The notes below the pieces were generated by a model. It saw only the letters and a list, made by a program, of their open reading frames with translations, made no database searches and was not told the origin of the DNA. From assembly GCA_963704725.1 (NCBI GenBank), contig OY969934.1, positions 2,528,001-2,592,000 of the forward strand: DNA of 64,000 nt. The letters are read 5' to 3'. The stretch comes from an uncultured Actinomycetes bacterium (GTDB lineage Bacteria; Actinomycetota; UBA4738; HRBIN12). Shown here piece by piece: positions 38,752 through 48,780 of the stretch. Numbering within the stretch: position 1 is the first letter of the stretch; the number at the start of each line of letters is the position of its first letter. Position numbers and translations under genes: made by a program.

Positions 38752-40136
38752 GCGGATCGCCCCCTCACGATCGCGGCTTCCAGAACGAGCCGCGCGGCGC
38801 GCTCTCCGTCGCGGACGCAGTCCGGGACGCCGACGCCCCGGTACGCCTGGCCCGCCACGAACACGCCCGCCGGCAGGTCGCGCTCGATCTCGCGGACGAG
38901 ATCGAGGTGCCCGACGTCGTACTGCGGCATCGAGCGCGGCCACCGGACGACCCGGGCGTCGTCGGGGACGGCCGGCATCCCGAGCAGGTCCGACAGGGCT
39001 CGAGCGACGCTCCGCACGAGGTCCTCGTCCGAGCGGCCGGGCCGCTCCGGGGCGCCGTCGGCTCCGACGAAGCACCGCACCACCGCCCGGCCGCCGAACG
39101 CCGGCTCGGGCCACTTGCGCGAGACGAACGTGCACGCCGTCATCTCGAGGGCGCCGCGCGGCGCGAGGAACCCCGAGCCGGGCGGGAGCCGGCGTCCCGT
39201 CCCCTCGCCGTAGACGAGCAGGACTACGCTCGTCGAGGCCGAGCGCATCCGGCGGAGCCCGGCCGAGGACGCCGGCGCGACGCTCTCGACGAGGCCGGCG
39301 GTGACGAACGCCGGCGTGGCGAACACCACCGCGTCCGCCAGGATCGCGTCTCCGCCCGCCCGGACGACGAACATGTCGCCCGCGCGCTCCACAGCGTCGA
39401 CGGGCATCCGCGTGCGGACGCGATCGCCCAGCCCGTCGCCCAGGGAGGCGGCCAGGCGGTCGAGCCCACCGCGGAGCCGCAGGAACATCGGCGCACGCCC
39501 GCCTCCACGACCCGCCGACGCGGCGGCCCGCGCCCCCCGGATCAAGCCGCCGTGCCGGCGCTCCCACGTCGCGAGCTCGGGGAACGTGGCCAGGACCGAG
39601 AGCCGGTCGACATCGCCGGCGAACACCCCGCCAAGCAGCGGGGCCACGAGCGCGTCGGTGGCCTCGTCCCCGATGCGGCGGCGGACCAGCGAGCCGAGCG
39701 ACTCGTCGCCGGCCGGCGCCGGAGCCCGGCGGAGGAGATCAGCGGCCGCCCGCATCTTCCCCGACCAGGTGAGGCCGGGCCACCGCAGGAGCTCGAGGGG
39801 GCTCGCCGAGATCCCGAACGGCCCGGAGGGGAGCGGCAGCAACCCGCGCCGCGTCAGGACCTGCGCCGCCGCGGTGGCCGGCTCGGCCAGGTCGTCCCCC
39901 AGGCCGAGCTCGCGGCACAGATCGGCCGCCCACGGCTTGCGCGCGACGAGGGAATCGGGCCCGGCCTCCAGGCGCAGGCCCCCGACCTCGACGGACCGGA
40001 TCTTGCCGCCGGGCTCGCCGGCCGCCTCGAAGACCGTCACGTCGGCGCCGGCCGAGGCCAGCCGGTACGCCGCCACCAGCCCCGCCACGCCGGCGCCGAC
40101 CACGACGGTGCGGGGGACCGAGCGCGCGTCGAGCAT
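38742..40136 (-). CDS. hemY: Protoporphyrinogen/coproporphyrinogen oxidase (HemY/CgoX)
   Basis: VVGAGVAGL, GGKI, EAGPDS, PLLGGVFAG, SRKWP, RW..SMPQY.VGH, GVGVPDC. Confidence 0.92.
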   Translation of the reverse strand: MLDARSVPRTVVVGAGVAGLVAAYRLASAGADVTVFEAAGEPGGKIRSVEVGGLRLEAGPDSLVARKPWAADLCRELGLGDDLAEPATAAAQVLTRRGLLPLPSGPFGISASPLELLRWPGLTWSGKMRAAADLLRRAPAPAGDESLGSLVRRRIGDEATDALVAPLLGGVFAGDVDRLSVLATFPELATWERRHGGLIRGARAAASAGRGGGRAPMFLRLRGGLDRLAASLGDGLGDRVRTRMPVDAVERAGDMFVVRAGGDAILADAVVFATPAFVTAGLVESVAPASSAGLRRMRSASTSVVLLVYGEGTGRRLPPGSGFLAPRGALEMTACTFVSRKWPEPAFGGRAVVRCFVGADGAPERPGRSDEDLVRSVARALSDLLGMPAVPDDARVVRWPRSMPQYDVGHLDLVREIERDLPAGVFVAGQAYRGVGVPDCVRDGERAARLVLEAAIVRGRSACR

Positions 40137-40212
40137 CGCGAGCGAACCTAAGGGGCCGGGGCCCCGGGCTCGGGGGCCGAGGGTCCCCGAGCGTGCGGCG
40201 CGTTCGGCCTCG

Positions 40213-42411
40213 CTACCGCCGGCCGTTCGCCCCGGCGGGCGAGGGATGGGAGAGCCGGGCCGAGGCCGCGAGCGCCAGGCGGACGTCGTCCTCGTTCGCG
40301 GGATGGCCCGAGAACCGGTCGCGTTCGAACAGGCGGACCACGAGCTCGGCGTCGGCCCGCTCGTCCGGACCGAGTAGCGGGCGCGCGGCGCGCAGGAACT
40401 CTGCGGCCGTCTGGTGCTCGGCTCGGGCCCGGCCTCGGGAGGCCATCGCCGACTCGAGCTCGGCGAACGCCCGGGCCGCCCCCGCCGGCGGCGGCCTCCG
40501 GCGCCGCCTCGCCCCTCGCCGGCGCAACAGGAGCGCGCCGATCGCCCCCAGCGAGATCGCCGCCACCAGGAGGGGCCATGCCCGCGCCACCGCCATCACC
40601 GCCCGCCCGGAGGCCCGGGCGGCGTCGCGGACGGGCTCGGGAACGGCCGCGGACAGGAACCGGCCGATCGCCCGAACCACCTCGGGCGCGACGAGCCGCT
40701 GCGCCAGGCTCACGCTCGCGGGCGGCACCCCGAAGGTCGGGTCGTACGGGACCCATCCGGCTCCGGGGTAGAAGACCTCGACCCACGCGTGGGCGTCGGA
40801 GGCGCGGACCTCCCAGTAGCCGGTGAACGGGTTCCGGTCGCCCGGGCCGAACCCGGTGACGAACCGGGCCGGGATCCCCGAGGCCCGAAGGAGCACGGCC
40901 ATGGCGCTCGCGATGTGCTCGCAGAAGCCGCGGCGGCCCTCGAAGAGGAAGTGGTCGACGGCGTCGACGCCCGGCGGGAACGGCGGGATGTCGAGGTCGT
41001 ACCGGGTGTTGCGGCGCAACCACGTCTGGACGGCCTCGACGGCGTCGTAGCGGGTCGGCGCTACCGCCGTGATCCGCCCGGCCAGCAGGCGGACGCGCTC
41101 GGGCAGCTCGCCCGGCAGCTGCAGGTACGGCTCGAGAGCAGCGTCGAGATCGGGATCGCGAGGCATCGAGTCGAACGTTCGAAGGACGTCGGGCGTGACC
41201 GCCGGGACGTCGGACATCACCGAGTACACGACACCGTCGTCCAGCAGGATCGGCGCACGAACGGAGCCGTAGGCGTCGATCACGAGCCGCGACGACGGGA
41301 AGTACGCCTGGACGGGCTTCCACGCCCCGAACACGACGTTCGGCAGGTCGGCCTCCACGTAGAAGGTGGCCAGCACCCGCCGGGAAGGCAGGAAGACGGA
41401 GCCGCCGTCGGTCGGCGACGCCACGCCGAAGACGTCTTCGTACCCCTGGGTCACGGGAAAGGTCCGGTCGTCGGACGTCGTCCACCGCGTCCCGTCGAAG
41501 GTGTCGTACGCCAGCCCGCGCCACAGGGCGGCCTGGGGCGATCGCACGCGCATCACGATCGCGTCGGACAGATGACCGCGGGAGCGCAGGTCCACGCTCG
41601 AGCTGAACCCCGGGTAGGCCAGGTCCGTGAATTCGGCCACGCCGTCGGCGCCGCGGGTGAGCCCCGGGTTGACCACCTGGCCGTCGAACCCGGCGAGCAC
41701 GGTGGCGTGATCGGCCCGGAAGGGCGGCAGGGCCACGGTCAGACCCGGGAGCCGGGGAAGCGCCAGGAACATCGCGGTGGCGGCGACGGCGGACAGGGCC
41801 ACCCAGGCGCTCAGCATCCGGATCGTGGCGGGCCAGGAGGAACGCCGCGCGGGCGCCACGGGGCGGCGGATCTCGACCACGGCCGGGGTCCCGGCGGCGC
41901 CCGGCCCGAGCGTGACGAACAGGTACGTCCCGGCCAGGGCGAGCCACGGCAGGAGGAACAGGAGGAACCCCGTCCCGAACGACAGCGCCCCGGCCTCGGC
42001 GATCAGGATCAGACTCGAGATCACCGAGAAGCCGAGATCGCGGCGGCGCGGGACGTCGAACGAGTGCAGGACCTGGACCCACAGGAACAGCGAGGCCAGC
42101 GGCCGCCGGGCGTCGTCGAAGGACTGCGCGCCCTCGACGCCGCGCAGGAACGACCCCAGCGCCACGAGCAGCCCCATCGCCAGGGCGACCTTCGCCAGGA
42201 TCGAGGGATGGTGCCGTCGCGCGTACGAGTACGCGTACCCGGCGGGGACGAGCACGAGGGCGCCGACCGAGCTCGCGGCGTCGACGGCTCCCTGAGCCAC
42301 CACGGCGAGCACGGCGACCTCGACCATGACCGCCACCACGATCCGGATCCGTCTCGAGTCCTCCGGCACGCCCTGGATCCGCCGCAGACGCTGGGCGATC
42401 GTCGCGCTCAC
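40213..42411 (-). CDS. Membrane transglutaminase-domain protein (TgpA/DUF3488 + Transglut_core + DUF4129)
   Basis: N-terminal TMs; GFCEHIASAM, GIPAR.VTGF, DAHAWVEV, WVPYDPT. Confidence 0.92.
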   Translation of the reverse strand: MSATIAQRLRRIQGVPEDSRRIRIVVAVMVEVAVLAVVAQGAVDAASSVGALVLVPAGYAYSYARRHHPSILAKVALAMGLLVALGSFLRGVEGAQSFDDARRPLASLFLWVQVLHSFDVPRRRDLGFSVISSLILIAEAGALSFGTGFLLFLLPWLALAGTYLFVTLGPGAAGTPAVVEIRRPVAPARRSSWPATIRMLSAWVALSAVAATAMFLALPRLPGLTVALPPFRADHATVLAGFDGQVVNPGLTRGADGVAEFTDLAYPGFSSSVDLRSRGHLSDAIVMRVRSPQAALWRGLAYDTFDGTRWTTSDDRTFPVTQGYEDVFGVASPTDGGSVFLPSRRVLATFYVEADLPNVVFGAWKPVQAYFPSSRLVIDAYGSVRAPILLDDGVVYSVMSDVPAVTPDVLRTFDSMPRDPDLDAALEPYLQLPGELPERVRLLAGRITAVAPTRYDAVEAVQTWLRRNTRYDLDIPPFPPGVDAVDHFLFEGRRGFCEHIASAMAVLLRASGIPARFVTGFGPGDRNPFTGYWEVRASDAHAWVEVFYPGAGWVPYDPTFGVPPASVSLAQRLVAPEVVRAIGRFLSAAVPEPVRDAARASGRAVMAVARAWPLLVAAISLGAIGALLLRRRGARRRRRPPPAGAARAFAELESAMASRGRARAEHQTAAEFLRAARPLLGPDERADAELVVRLFERDRFSGHPANEDDVRLALAASARLSHPSPAGANGRR

Positions 42412-43643
42412 CGTCCCGTCCTCACTCGAGCCCGCCGGAACACCTCGGCCAGGTCGGAGCCGGAGGAGGTCCGGTACACGAGCGCCCCGGCCCCGGTGAG
42501 GGCGTCCTCGAGCATGTCGACCCGGGACGGCTCGAGGTGCGGGACCCGGCGGGCCCCGTCGAACGTGTGGACCTCGACGAGGACGATCGCCACGCGCGGC
42601 GCCCAGGGGACGAGGTCGGCCACGGCCGGGACCAGGACCTCCGGGTCGTTGGCGCGCCACGTCGGCGCCACGAGCAGGAGGGCGGAGGCGCCGAGGACCT
42701 CCTCCCCCAGCTCCCCCACCAGGTCCGTCAACGACATCCCGGCGCCGGGCCGGAGCTCGGCCAGCCACCGAAGGGTCCCGGCCGGATCCGTGCGGGAGAC
42801 CGAGACGGGCCGGCCGGCGACGCCGGCCACGAGCCGGACGCCCTGGGCTCGGCCGTGCGCGGCGAAGGCCACCGACGCCCCCACCGAGCAGCACACGTCG
42901 AGGGGGGTCGGCCCGCCGTCCGGGGCCGCGTCGGCCACGGCGTCGATCACCACGGTCAACCGGCGCGTCTGCTCGCGCTCGAACTCCCGCACCATGAGCG
43001 CGCCGAGCCGGGCGGTCGAGGGCCAGTGGACGTGCCGCATGGAGTCGCCCACGCGGTACTCGCGGATGCCGAGGTAGTCGGGGCCGGTGCCGCGTCGCGG
43101 GGCGCTGTGGATGGCCCGCTCCGGCGTGGGGGCGGACTCCAGGAACGGCAGCTCGTCGAGCCGGACCAGCCTGGGGTAGACGACCGTCGGGCTGGCCACC
43201 TGCCGCCGCCGACGCCGCACGGCGACGCCGAAGGGGGCGGCCGAGGCCACGACGACGTCGGAGATCTCGTGCACCCCACGGACGGCGGCCCGGCGGCGGG
43301 TCTCCACGATCACCGTCTCGCCCGGACCGAGCCCCGGCACGAACGCCGCCACCGGCGCCAGGTGCTCGTCGACCAGCTCCAGGGCCAGCCGAGGCGACCG
43401 GGAGCGGTTCCGAAGGACGATCGACGCGCGCACCTCGTCGCCCTGGAACGCCTCCATCGGCGCCCGGCGCTCCACCTCGATCCGACGGATCATCCGTCCG
43501 GGCAGCGCGAACCCGGCCATCGTCGCGCCGAGAAGGCACGACGCCAGGACGAGCAGCCACCCCGCCTGCACGCTCGTGCCGACGACGAACAGCAGCGCGG
43601 CCCCGGCGGCGAGGGCGAACGCGCGCCGCCTGGGACGGGGCAT
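42408..43643 (-). CDS. DUF58 family protein
   Basis: IREYRVGDSMRHVHWPSTAR...VREFE. Confidence 0.92.
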   Translation of the reverse strand: MPRPRRRAFALAAGAALLFVVGTSVQAGWLLVLASCLLGATMAGFALPGRMIRRIEVERRAPMEAFQGDEVRASIVLRNRSRSPRLALELVDEHLAPVAAFVPGLGPGETVIVETRRRAAVRGVHEISDVVVASAAPFGVAVRRRRRQVASPTVVYPRLVRLDELPFLESAPTPERAIHSAPRRGTGPDYLGIREYRVGDSMRHVHWPSTARLGALMVREFEREQTRRLTVVIDAVADAAPDGGPTPLDVCCSVGASVAFAAHGRAQGVRLVAGVAGRPVSVSRTDPAGTLRWLAELRPGAGMSLTDLVGELGEEVLGASALLLVAPTWRANDPEVLVPAVADLVPWAPRVAIVLVEVHTFDGARRVPHLEPSRVDMLEDALTGAGALVYRTSSGSDLAEVFRRARVRTGR

Positions 43644-43647
43644 CGGC

Positions 43648-44625
43648 CTAGCGGGAGGCGCCGAGGGGGACCGGCACGCGCTCGAGCAGCTCGCGGACCA
43701 CGTCGCGGGCGGTCCCGCTGGCCACGGTCCCCCGGCTGCGCGGGATGAGCCGGTGGGCGAGGACCGGGCCGGCCATCGCCTTGACGTCGTCGGGCAGCAC
43801 GAACGCCCGCCCCTGCATCGCGGCGCGAGCCTGCGCCGCCCGCGTCAGCCAGATCATCGCCCGGGGCGACGCGCCGAGCAGGATGTCGCCGTGCTCTCGC
43901 GTGGCCTTGGCCAGAGCCACGACGTAGTCCAGGACGGGCTCCTCGACGTGGACGGCGCGAACGGCGTGCTGGTGCTCGACGACGTCGCGGGCCGACACGA
44001 CCGCTCCGAGCTCCTCGATCGGGCTTCCCGAGAGCTGCCGGCGCACGATCTCGCCGGCCGCGGCGTCGTCGGGGTATCCCACGCTGACGGTCATGGTGAA
44101 CCGGTCGAGCTCCCCTTCGGGGAGCGGGTAGGTGCCGTGCTGATCCACCGGGTTCTCGGTCGCGACGACCAGGAACGGCCGGGGCAGCGGGTACGTGACG
44201 TTCTCCACCGTCACCTGCCGCTCCTCCATCGGCTCCAGGAGCGCCGACTGCGTTCGGGGCGTCGTGCGGTTGATCTCGTCGACCAGGACGACGTTCGCGA
44301 ACACCGGCCCCGGGACGAAGCGGAACTCCCCCGAGGACTGGTCGTAGACCGAGATCCCGGTGAGGTCGCTGGGGAGCAGATCCGGGGTCGCCTGGACCCG
44401 GTGGAACGACCCGTCGATCGACGCCGCGAGCGACCGGGCGAGCATGGTCTTGCCGACGCCGGGCACGCCCTCGAGCAGGAGGTTGCCCTCGGCGAACAGG
44501 CAGATCACGGTGGCCTCGACCTGGTCGCGGACCCCCGCGATGACACGTCCGATGTTGTCCGCCACGCGGCGCATGGCGGCAGCGGTCGTGCCGAGATCAC
44601 CCTCCGACGGCATCCCTTTGGGCAT
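43648..44625 (-). CDS. MoxR family AAA+ ATPase
   Basis: EGVPGVGKT, TPDLLPSD, GPVF, DEINR, GTYPLPE..LDRF, GASPR. Confidence 0.95.
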   Translation of the reverse strand: MPKGMPSEGDLGTTAAAMRRVADNIGRVIAGVRDQVEATVICLFAEGNLLLEGVPGVGKTMLARSLAASIDGSFHRVQATPDLLPSDLTGISVYDQSSGEFRFVPGPVFANVVLVDEINRTTPRTQSALLEPMEERQVTVENVTYPLPRPFLVVATENPVDQHGTYPLPEGELDRFTMTVSVGYPDDAAAGEIVRRQLSGSPIEELGAVVSARDVVEHQHAVRAVHVEEPVLDYVVALAKATREHGDILLGASPRAMIWLTRAAQARAAMQGRAFVLPDDVKAMAGPVLAHRLIPRSRGTVASGTARDVVRELLERVPVPLGASR

Positions 44626-44705
44626 CGACTCCCCGGGCGCGGGCCTTGAACCCGACGCCGGGACTCCACCCGGAGGCCGGCATGCTCGCCGGACTATCGG
44701 TGGAC

Positions 44706-44927
44706 CTACGGCTGGCGAACGAGGACGCGCTGCCGATCGCGAGCGCGCAGCGAGGGTCGCTCCAGGCGATCGGCGAGGCGTCGGAGCAGCGCGGCGGTCG
44801 CCCGGGTCCGACCGCGCTCCTCGCACGGCTCGGTGACGACGGCCCGGTCCACGGCGCGCCGGATGTCGCCCTGGCGGAGGTCTCCGAGTTCCTTGCGGAA
44901 AGCTGGCATCACTTGCTCGTCCCCCAT
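44706..44927 (-). CDS. Small hypothetical protein divergent from the MarR gene (start 44927 or 44909)
   Basis: 73-aa ORF directly below the MarR operator; helical character (LLRRLADRLE). Confidence 0.45.
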   Translation of the reverse strand: MGDEQVMPAFRKELGDLRQGDIRRAVDRAVVTEPCEERGRTRATAALLRRLADRLERPSLRARDRQRVLVRQP

Positions 44928-44934
44928 CGCTCGT

Positions 44935-44977
44935 GTATCTTGACGTGAAGATACTCACGGGAAAGCTTTATGTCAAG
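44935..44977. promoter_or_regulatory. Tandem CTT-N6-AAG palindromic operators (PecS/TamR/HucR type)
   Basis: GTATCTT-GACGTG-AAGATAC (44935-44954) and CTT-TATGTC-AAG (44966-44977) spanning the MarR ATG. Confidence 0.75.
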
Positions 44978-45533
44978 ACTCTCGAGCAAGAGCGAAGTCG
45001 CCGCGCCCCGGGATCGCGTCGACGAGCACGTCGAGCAGGCGGTGCGGGAGTTCCCGGAGGTCGACCCGGCGGTCGAGGCCATCCTGGCCAGGATCGACAA
45101 GCTCGAGCGCTACCTCAACAAGACCATGGCGGAGACCCTGGCCCGGCACCGGCTGGGCGAGGGCGACTACAAGGTCCTGGTGAGGCTCCGCCTGGCCGAG
45201 GGCAACCGGCTCTCCCCCGGCGAGCTGAGCGACTCCCTGATGCTGTCGACCGGGGCCATGACGAACCGCCTGGACCGGCTCGAGGAGCGGGGCCTCGTCG
45301 TGCGAAAGCCCGAGCCGCGTGACCGCCGCGGCGTCCTCGTCGAGCTCACCGCCGAGGGCCACGACGCGCTGGCCGCCGCCATCCACGAGCAGGCCGCGAG
45401 GGAGATCCAGCTCCTCGGCGTGCTGAGCGAGGACGAGAAGGCGGCGGTGAACGACTTGCTGCGCAAGCTCCTCCTGCACTTCGAGGAGCTGCTGGGCCCC
45501 CCGCCGCGGCGCCGCGGCCACCTGGACGTCTGA
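44970..45533 (+). CDS. MarR family regulator, UrtR (PecS/TamR)-like
   Basis: DRVD N-terminal helix, LSPGEL..SLMLSTGAMTNRLDRLE.RGLV.R..DRRGV.V.LT. Confidence 0.92.
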   Translation: MSRLSSKSEVAAPRDRVDEHVEQAVREFPEVDPAVEAILARIDKLERYLNKTMAETLARHRLGEGDYKVLVRLRLAEGNRLSPGELSDSLMLSTGAMTNRLDRLEERGLVVRKPEPRDRRGVLVELTAEGHDALAAAIHEQAAREIQLLGVLSEDEKAAVNDLLRKLLLHFEELLGPPPRRRGHLDV

Positions 45534-45556
45534 GGGACGGGTCGCGCGGCTTCCGC

Positions 45557-47155
45557 TCAGCCCTTCGCAGAGCGCTTCTTCAGGTCCGCCAGGATCTCGC
45601 GGGCGGCGTTGGCCCCGGGGGCGCCGGTCACCCCGCCGCCGGGGTGGGCCCCGGAGCCGCACAGGTACAGACCGGGCAGGCCGAACCGGTATCGCGCGTG
45701 CCCGAGCAGCGGCCGCCACACGAAGAACTGGTCGAGCCCCGGCTCTGCGTGGTACACGTGGCCGCCCGAGAGGCCGTAGTCGCGCTCGAGGTCGACCGGC
45801 GTGATGACCTGCCGGGCCAGCACCTGCTCGCCGAGACCCGGTGCGTGCTTCTCCATCGTCTTGATCACGACGTCGCCGAGGTGGTCCCGCTCCGACCCCC
45901 AATCGCCCTCGCGCAGCGCGTACGGGGTCCACTGGACGACGATGCTCATCACGTGGCGGCCTTCGGGCGCGAGGCCCGGGTCGTTGATCGTCGGGATCGT
46001 CGCCTCGAGGTAGGGCTCGTCGCTCATCCGCCCGTACTTCGAGGCGTCGAACGCGTGCTCCAGGTCGTCGATCGAGGGCGCGATCAGGATCCGGCCGGCC
46101 ATGGGCTCGGGCGAGTCCGCGCCGCGGAACGCCGGGAGGCCGGACAGCGCGAGGTTCACCTTCGAGACGGTGCCCGGCGTTCGGATGTTCGAGGCGCGCC
46201 ACCGCAGGTGCGGGCCGATCTCGACCGGGTCGACGAGCGTGGTCAGCGTGCGCTTGGGATCGGCCGAGCTCACCACGGCGCGGGCATGGATCTCCTGGCC
46301 GTCCTCGAGGGCCACGCCGTACGCCCGGTGGCTCCTCGTCAGCACCCGCGTCACCTCCACGCCGGTCCGGATCTCGGCGCCGAACGCTCGCGCCGCGGCG
46401 GCCAGCGCCTCCGCGAGGGCGCCCGGCCCGCCCCGCGCCACGGCGGACTGGCCCGCCGCCCCGCCGTCGTTGCCGGCCGAGTCGGCCAGCAGCACCGTCG
46501 TCGTCCCGGCCGACCACGGGCCCATCGCCGTGTACTGGGTGGCTCGCGCCGCGATCGCGGCGCGCACGGCGTCGCTCTCGAACGCCTCGGCGACGTAGTC
46601 GGCGATGGCCATGGGGATGGCTCGGGTTGCCTCGCGCCCGGGCCGGGGTCCGAGGCGACGGAACGCGTTGCCGAGCTTCAGGCCGTTCAGGGCGTCGGCG
46701 ATCGAGGGGTCCTTCACGTCGGGCGGCGTGATGGCGTGGAGGTAGGCCAGGAAGCTCGCCAGGGCGCGGATCTTCCTGTCGAAGTCCGGATAGGCCTGGG
46801 CATCGGCCGCCGATCGCTCCCGGAGCCCGGCCGCGGTCCGAGATGCGTCCGCCCACAGCGTGAGCGGGGCCCCGTCGGGTTGGGGGGCGAACACGCGCAC
46901 CGAGGGCTCCACGAGGTCGAGCCCGTGCTTGAGGAGCCCCAGGTCGGCGATCACCGATCGCCGGAGCCTCCCCACGGTGTGGACGATCCCCGGAGCGCGG
47001 AAGCCGTCCGCGATCTCGATCGTGTCCAGGATCCCGCCGACGCGCTCGCGCCGTTCGAGCACGAGGACGCTGCGTCCCGCCTTCGCCAGGTACGCCGCCG
47101 TCACGAGCCCGTTGTGGCCCGCGCCGATCACGATCGCGTCGTAGGGCCGCGCCAC
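45557..47155 (-). CDS. Phytoene dehydrogenase-like (PYROXD2-type) FAD oxidoreductase, subunit B
   Basis: IGAGHNGL, KVNLAL, PYLE..IP..DP.LAP.G.H, LYLCGSGAHPGGGVTG. Confidence 0.9.
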   Translation of the reverse strand: MARPYDAIVIGAGHNGLVTAAYLAKAGRSVLVLERRERVGGILDTIEIADGFRAPGIVHTVGRLRRSVIADLGLLKHGLDLVEPSVRVFAPQPDGAPLTLWADASRTAAGLRERSAADAQAYPDFDRKIRALASFLAYLHAITPPDVKDPSIADALNGLKLGNAFRRLGPRPGREATRAIPMAIADYVAEAFESDAVRAAIAARATQYTAMGPWSAGTTTVLLADSAGNDGGAAGQSAVARGGPGALAEALAAAARAFGAEIRTGVEVTRVLTRSHRAYGVALEDGQEIHARAVVSSADPKRTLTTLVDPVEIGPHLRWRASNIRTPGTVSKVNLALSGLPAFRGADSPEPMAGRILIAPSIDDLEHAFDASKYGRMSDEPYLEATIPTINDPGLAPEGRHVMSIVVQWTPYALREGDWGSERDHLGDVVIKTMEKHAPGLGEQVLARQVITPVDLERDYGLSGGHVYHAEPGLDQFFVWRPLLGHARYRFGLPGLYLCGSGAHPGGGVTGAPGANAAREILADLKKRSAKG

Positions 47156-47157
47156 GG

Positions 47158-48780
47158 CTACGCCACCTCGTCCTTCCGTCTGGGCCCCTTCGAGGCCGAC
47201 CGCTGGGCCTTCAGGAGCTCGAGCGCCGCGATCCGTCCCGGCGCGCCCATGATGCCGCCGCCGGGGTGCGTGGCCGAGCCGCACATCCACAGGCTCTTGA
47301 TCGGCGTCCGGTACCGCGCCCATCCCGGCACCGGCCGGTTGAAGAAGAGCTGCTCCAGGCTGAGCTCGCCCTGGAAGATGTTGCCCTCGGTGAGGCCGGT
47401 CAGGTCCTCGATGTCCTTGGGGCTGAACACCTGCTTGTGCAGGATCAGGCTTCGGATCGCGGGGAAGCGCTCCTCGAGGGTGTCGATCACGGTCTCGCCG
47501 AACGCGTCACGCTCCGCGTCGTCCCACACCCGGCCCTCGGACAGGTGGTACGGCGCGTACTGCACGAAGCACGACATCACGTGCTTGCCGGGGGGCGCCA
47601 TCGTCGGGTCGACGAGGGTGGGCAGGATGCAGTCGATGTACGGCCGGCGCGAGAAGCGTCCGTACTTCGCGTCGTCGTACGCGCGTTCCATGTAGTCGAC
47701 GCTCGGCGAGAAGCTGATCGCGCCTCGCAGCCACTCACCCTTGCCGGGCCTGCACGCGAGCTCGGGGAGCGCGTCGAGCGCGAGGTTCACCTTGCCGCTC
47801 GATCCTCGGTACTTGTAGCGCTTCACCTCGTCCAGGAACGACGCGTCCAGATGCGCCGGCTCGACGAGCCGCAGGAACGTGAGGTGCGAGTCCACGCTCG
47901 AGAGCACGGTCCCGGCGGCGATCTCCTCGCCGGACTCCAGCACGACGCCGGTGGCCCGGCCGCCCCGGACCTCGATCCGCGCGACCGGCGCCTCCATCCT
48001 GATCTCGGCGCCGAGCGATTCCGCGGCGCGCCCGATCGCCTCCGAGATGCCGCCGGTGCCGCCGCGCGGGATCCCCCATGCTCGGAACGCGCCGTCGATC
48101 TCGCCCATGTAGTGGTGCAGCAGCACGTACGCGGTGCCCGGCGAGCGCACGCCCTGGAACGTCCCGATGATCCCGGACGCCGACATCGTGGCGATCAGCG
48201 GATCGGTCTCGAACCACTGCCGCAGGAAGTCGGTTGCGCTCATCGTCATGAGCTGCACGAAGGTGTGCTGCAACCGCTCCGGAAGCTGCCCGAACGACTT
48301 GGCCAGCCCGGCGACCGGCATCCAGTCGAACGGGTTGATCTTGCCGGGGTCCGGCGGGACGAACGAAAGGATCGGCTTGACGAAGCGCGCCATGTCGGCC
48401 ATGAGCTGGCCGTACTCCTCGTAGGCCTCGGCGTCGCTCTTGGACCACCGCCGGATCTCGCGGATCGTCTTGCCGTGGTCGTTCACGCGCCACAGCGAGT
48501 CGCCCTCGAGCGGCGTGATCGTGCCGTCGAGCGGCAGGATCTCGAGCCCGTGCTTGGGCAGGTTCAGCTCGCGGATGATCTCGGGGCGGAGCAGCGAGAC
48601 GACGTAGGACATCTCGCTGAAGCGGAAGCCGGGGATGACCTCCTCGGTGACCGCGGCGCCCCCGAGGACGTGCCGCTTCTCGAGCACCAGGACCGAGCGG
48701 CCGGCCCGCGCGAGATAGGCGGCCGCGGTGAGACCGTTGTGCCCGCCCCCGATGACGACCGCGTCGTAGCGCTTGGCCAC
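47158..48780 (-). CDS. Phytoene dehydrogenase-like (PYROXD2-type) FAD oxidoreductase, subunit A
   Basis: IGGGHNGL, GGAAVTEE, SYVVSLLRP, GTAYVLLHH, GNIFQGEL, CGSATHPGGG. Confidence 0.92.
   Translation of the reverse strand: MAKRYDAVVIGGGHNGLTAAAYLARAGRSVLVLEKRHVLGGAAVTEEVIPGFRFSEMSYVVSLLRPEIIRELNLPKHGLEILPLDGTITPLEGDSLWRVNDHGKTIREIRRWSKSDAEAYEEYGQLMADMARFVKPILSFVPPDPGKINPFDWMPVAGLAKSFGQLPERLQHTFVQLMTMSATDFLRQWFETDPLIATMSASGIIGTFQGVRSPGTAYVLLHHYMGEIDGAFRAWGIPRGGTGGISEAIGRAAESLGAEIRMEAPVARIEVRGGRATGVVLESGEEIAAGTVLSSVDSHLTFLRLVEPAHLDASFLDEVKRYKYRGSSGKVNLALDALPELACRPGKGEWLRGAISFSPSVDYMERAYDDAKYGRFSRRPYIDCILPTLVDPTMAPPGKHVMSCFVQYAPYHLSEGRVWDDAERDAFGETVIDTLEERFPAIRSLILHKQVFSPKDIEDLTGLTEGNIFQGELSLEQLFFNRPVPGWARYRTPIKSLWMCGSATHPGGGIMGAPGRIAALELLKAQRSASKGPRRKDEVA

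Noticed and set aside
45557-48780. Carotenoid biosynthesis (crtI/crtO) cluster
   Set aside because: No crtB, crtE or crtY nearby; the pairing with a GcvT-like gene points elsewhere
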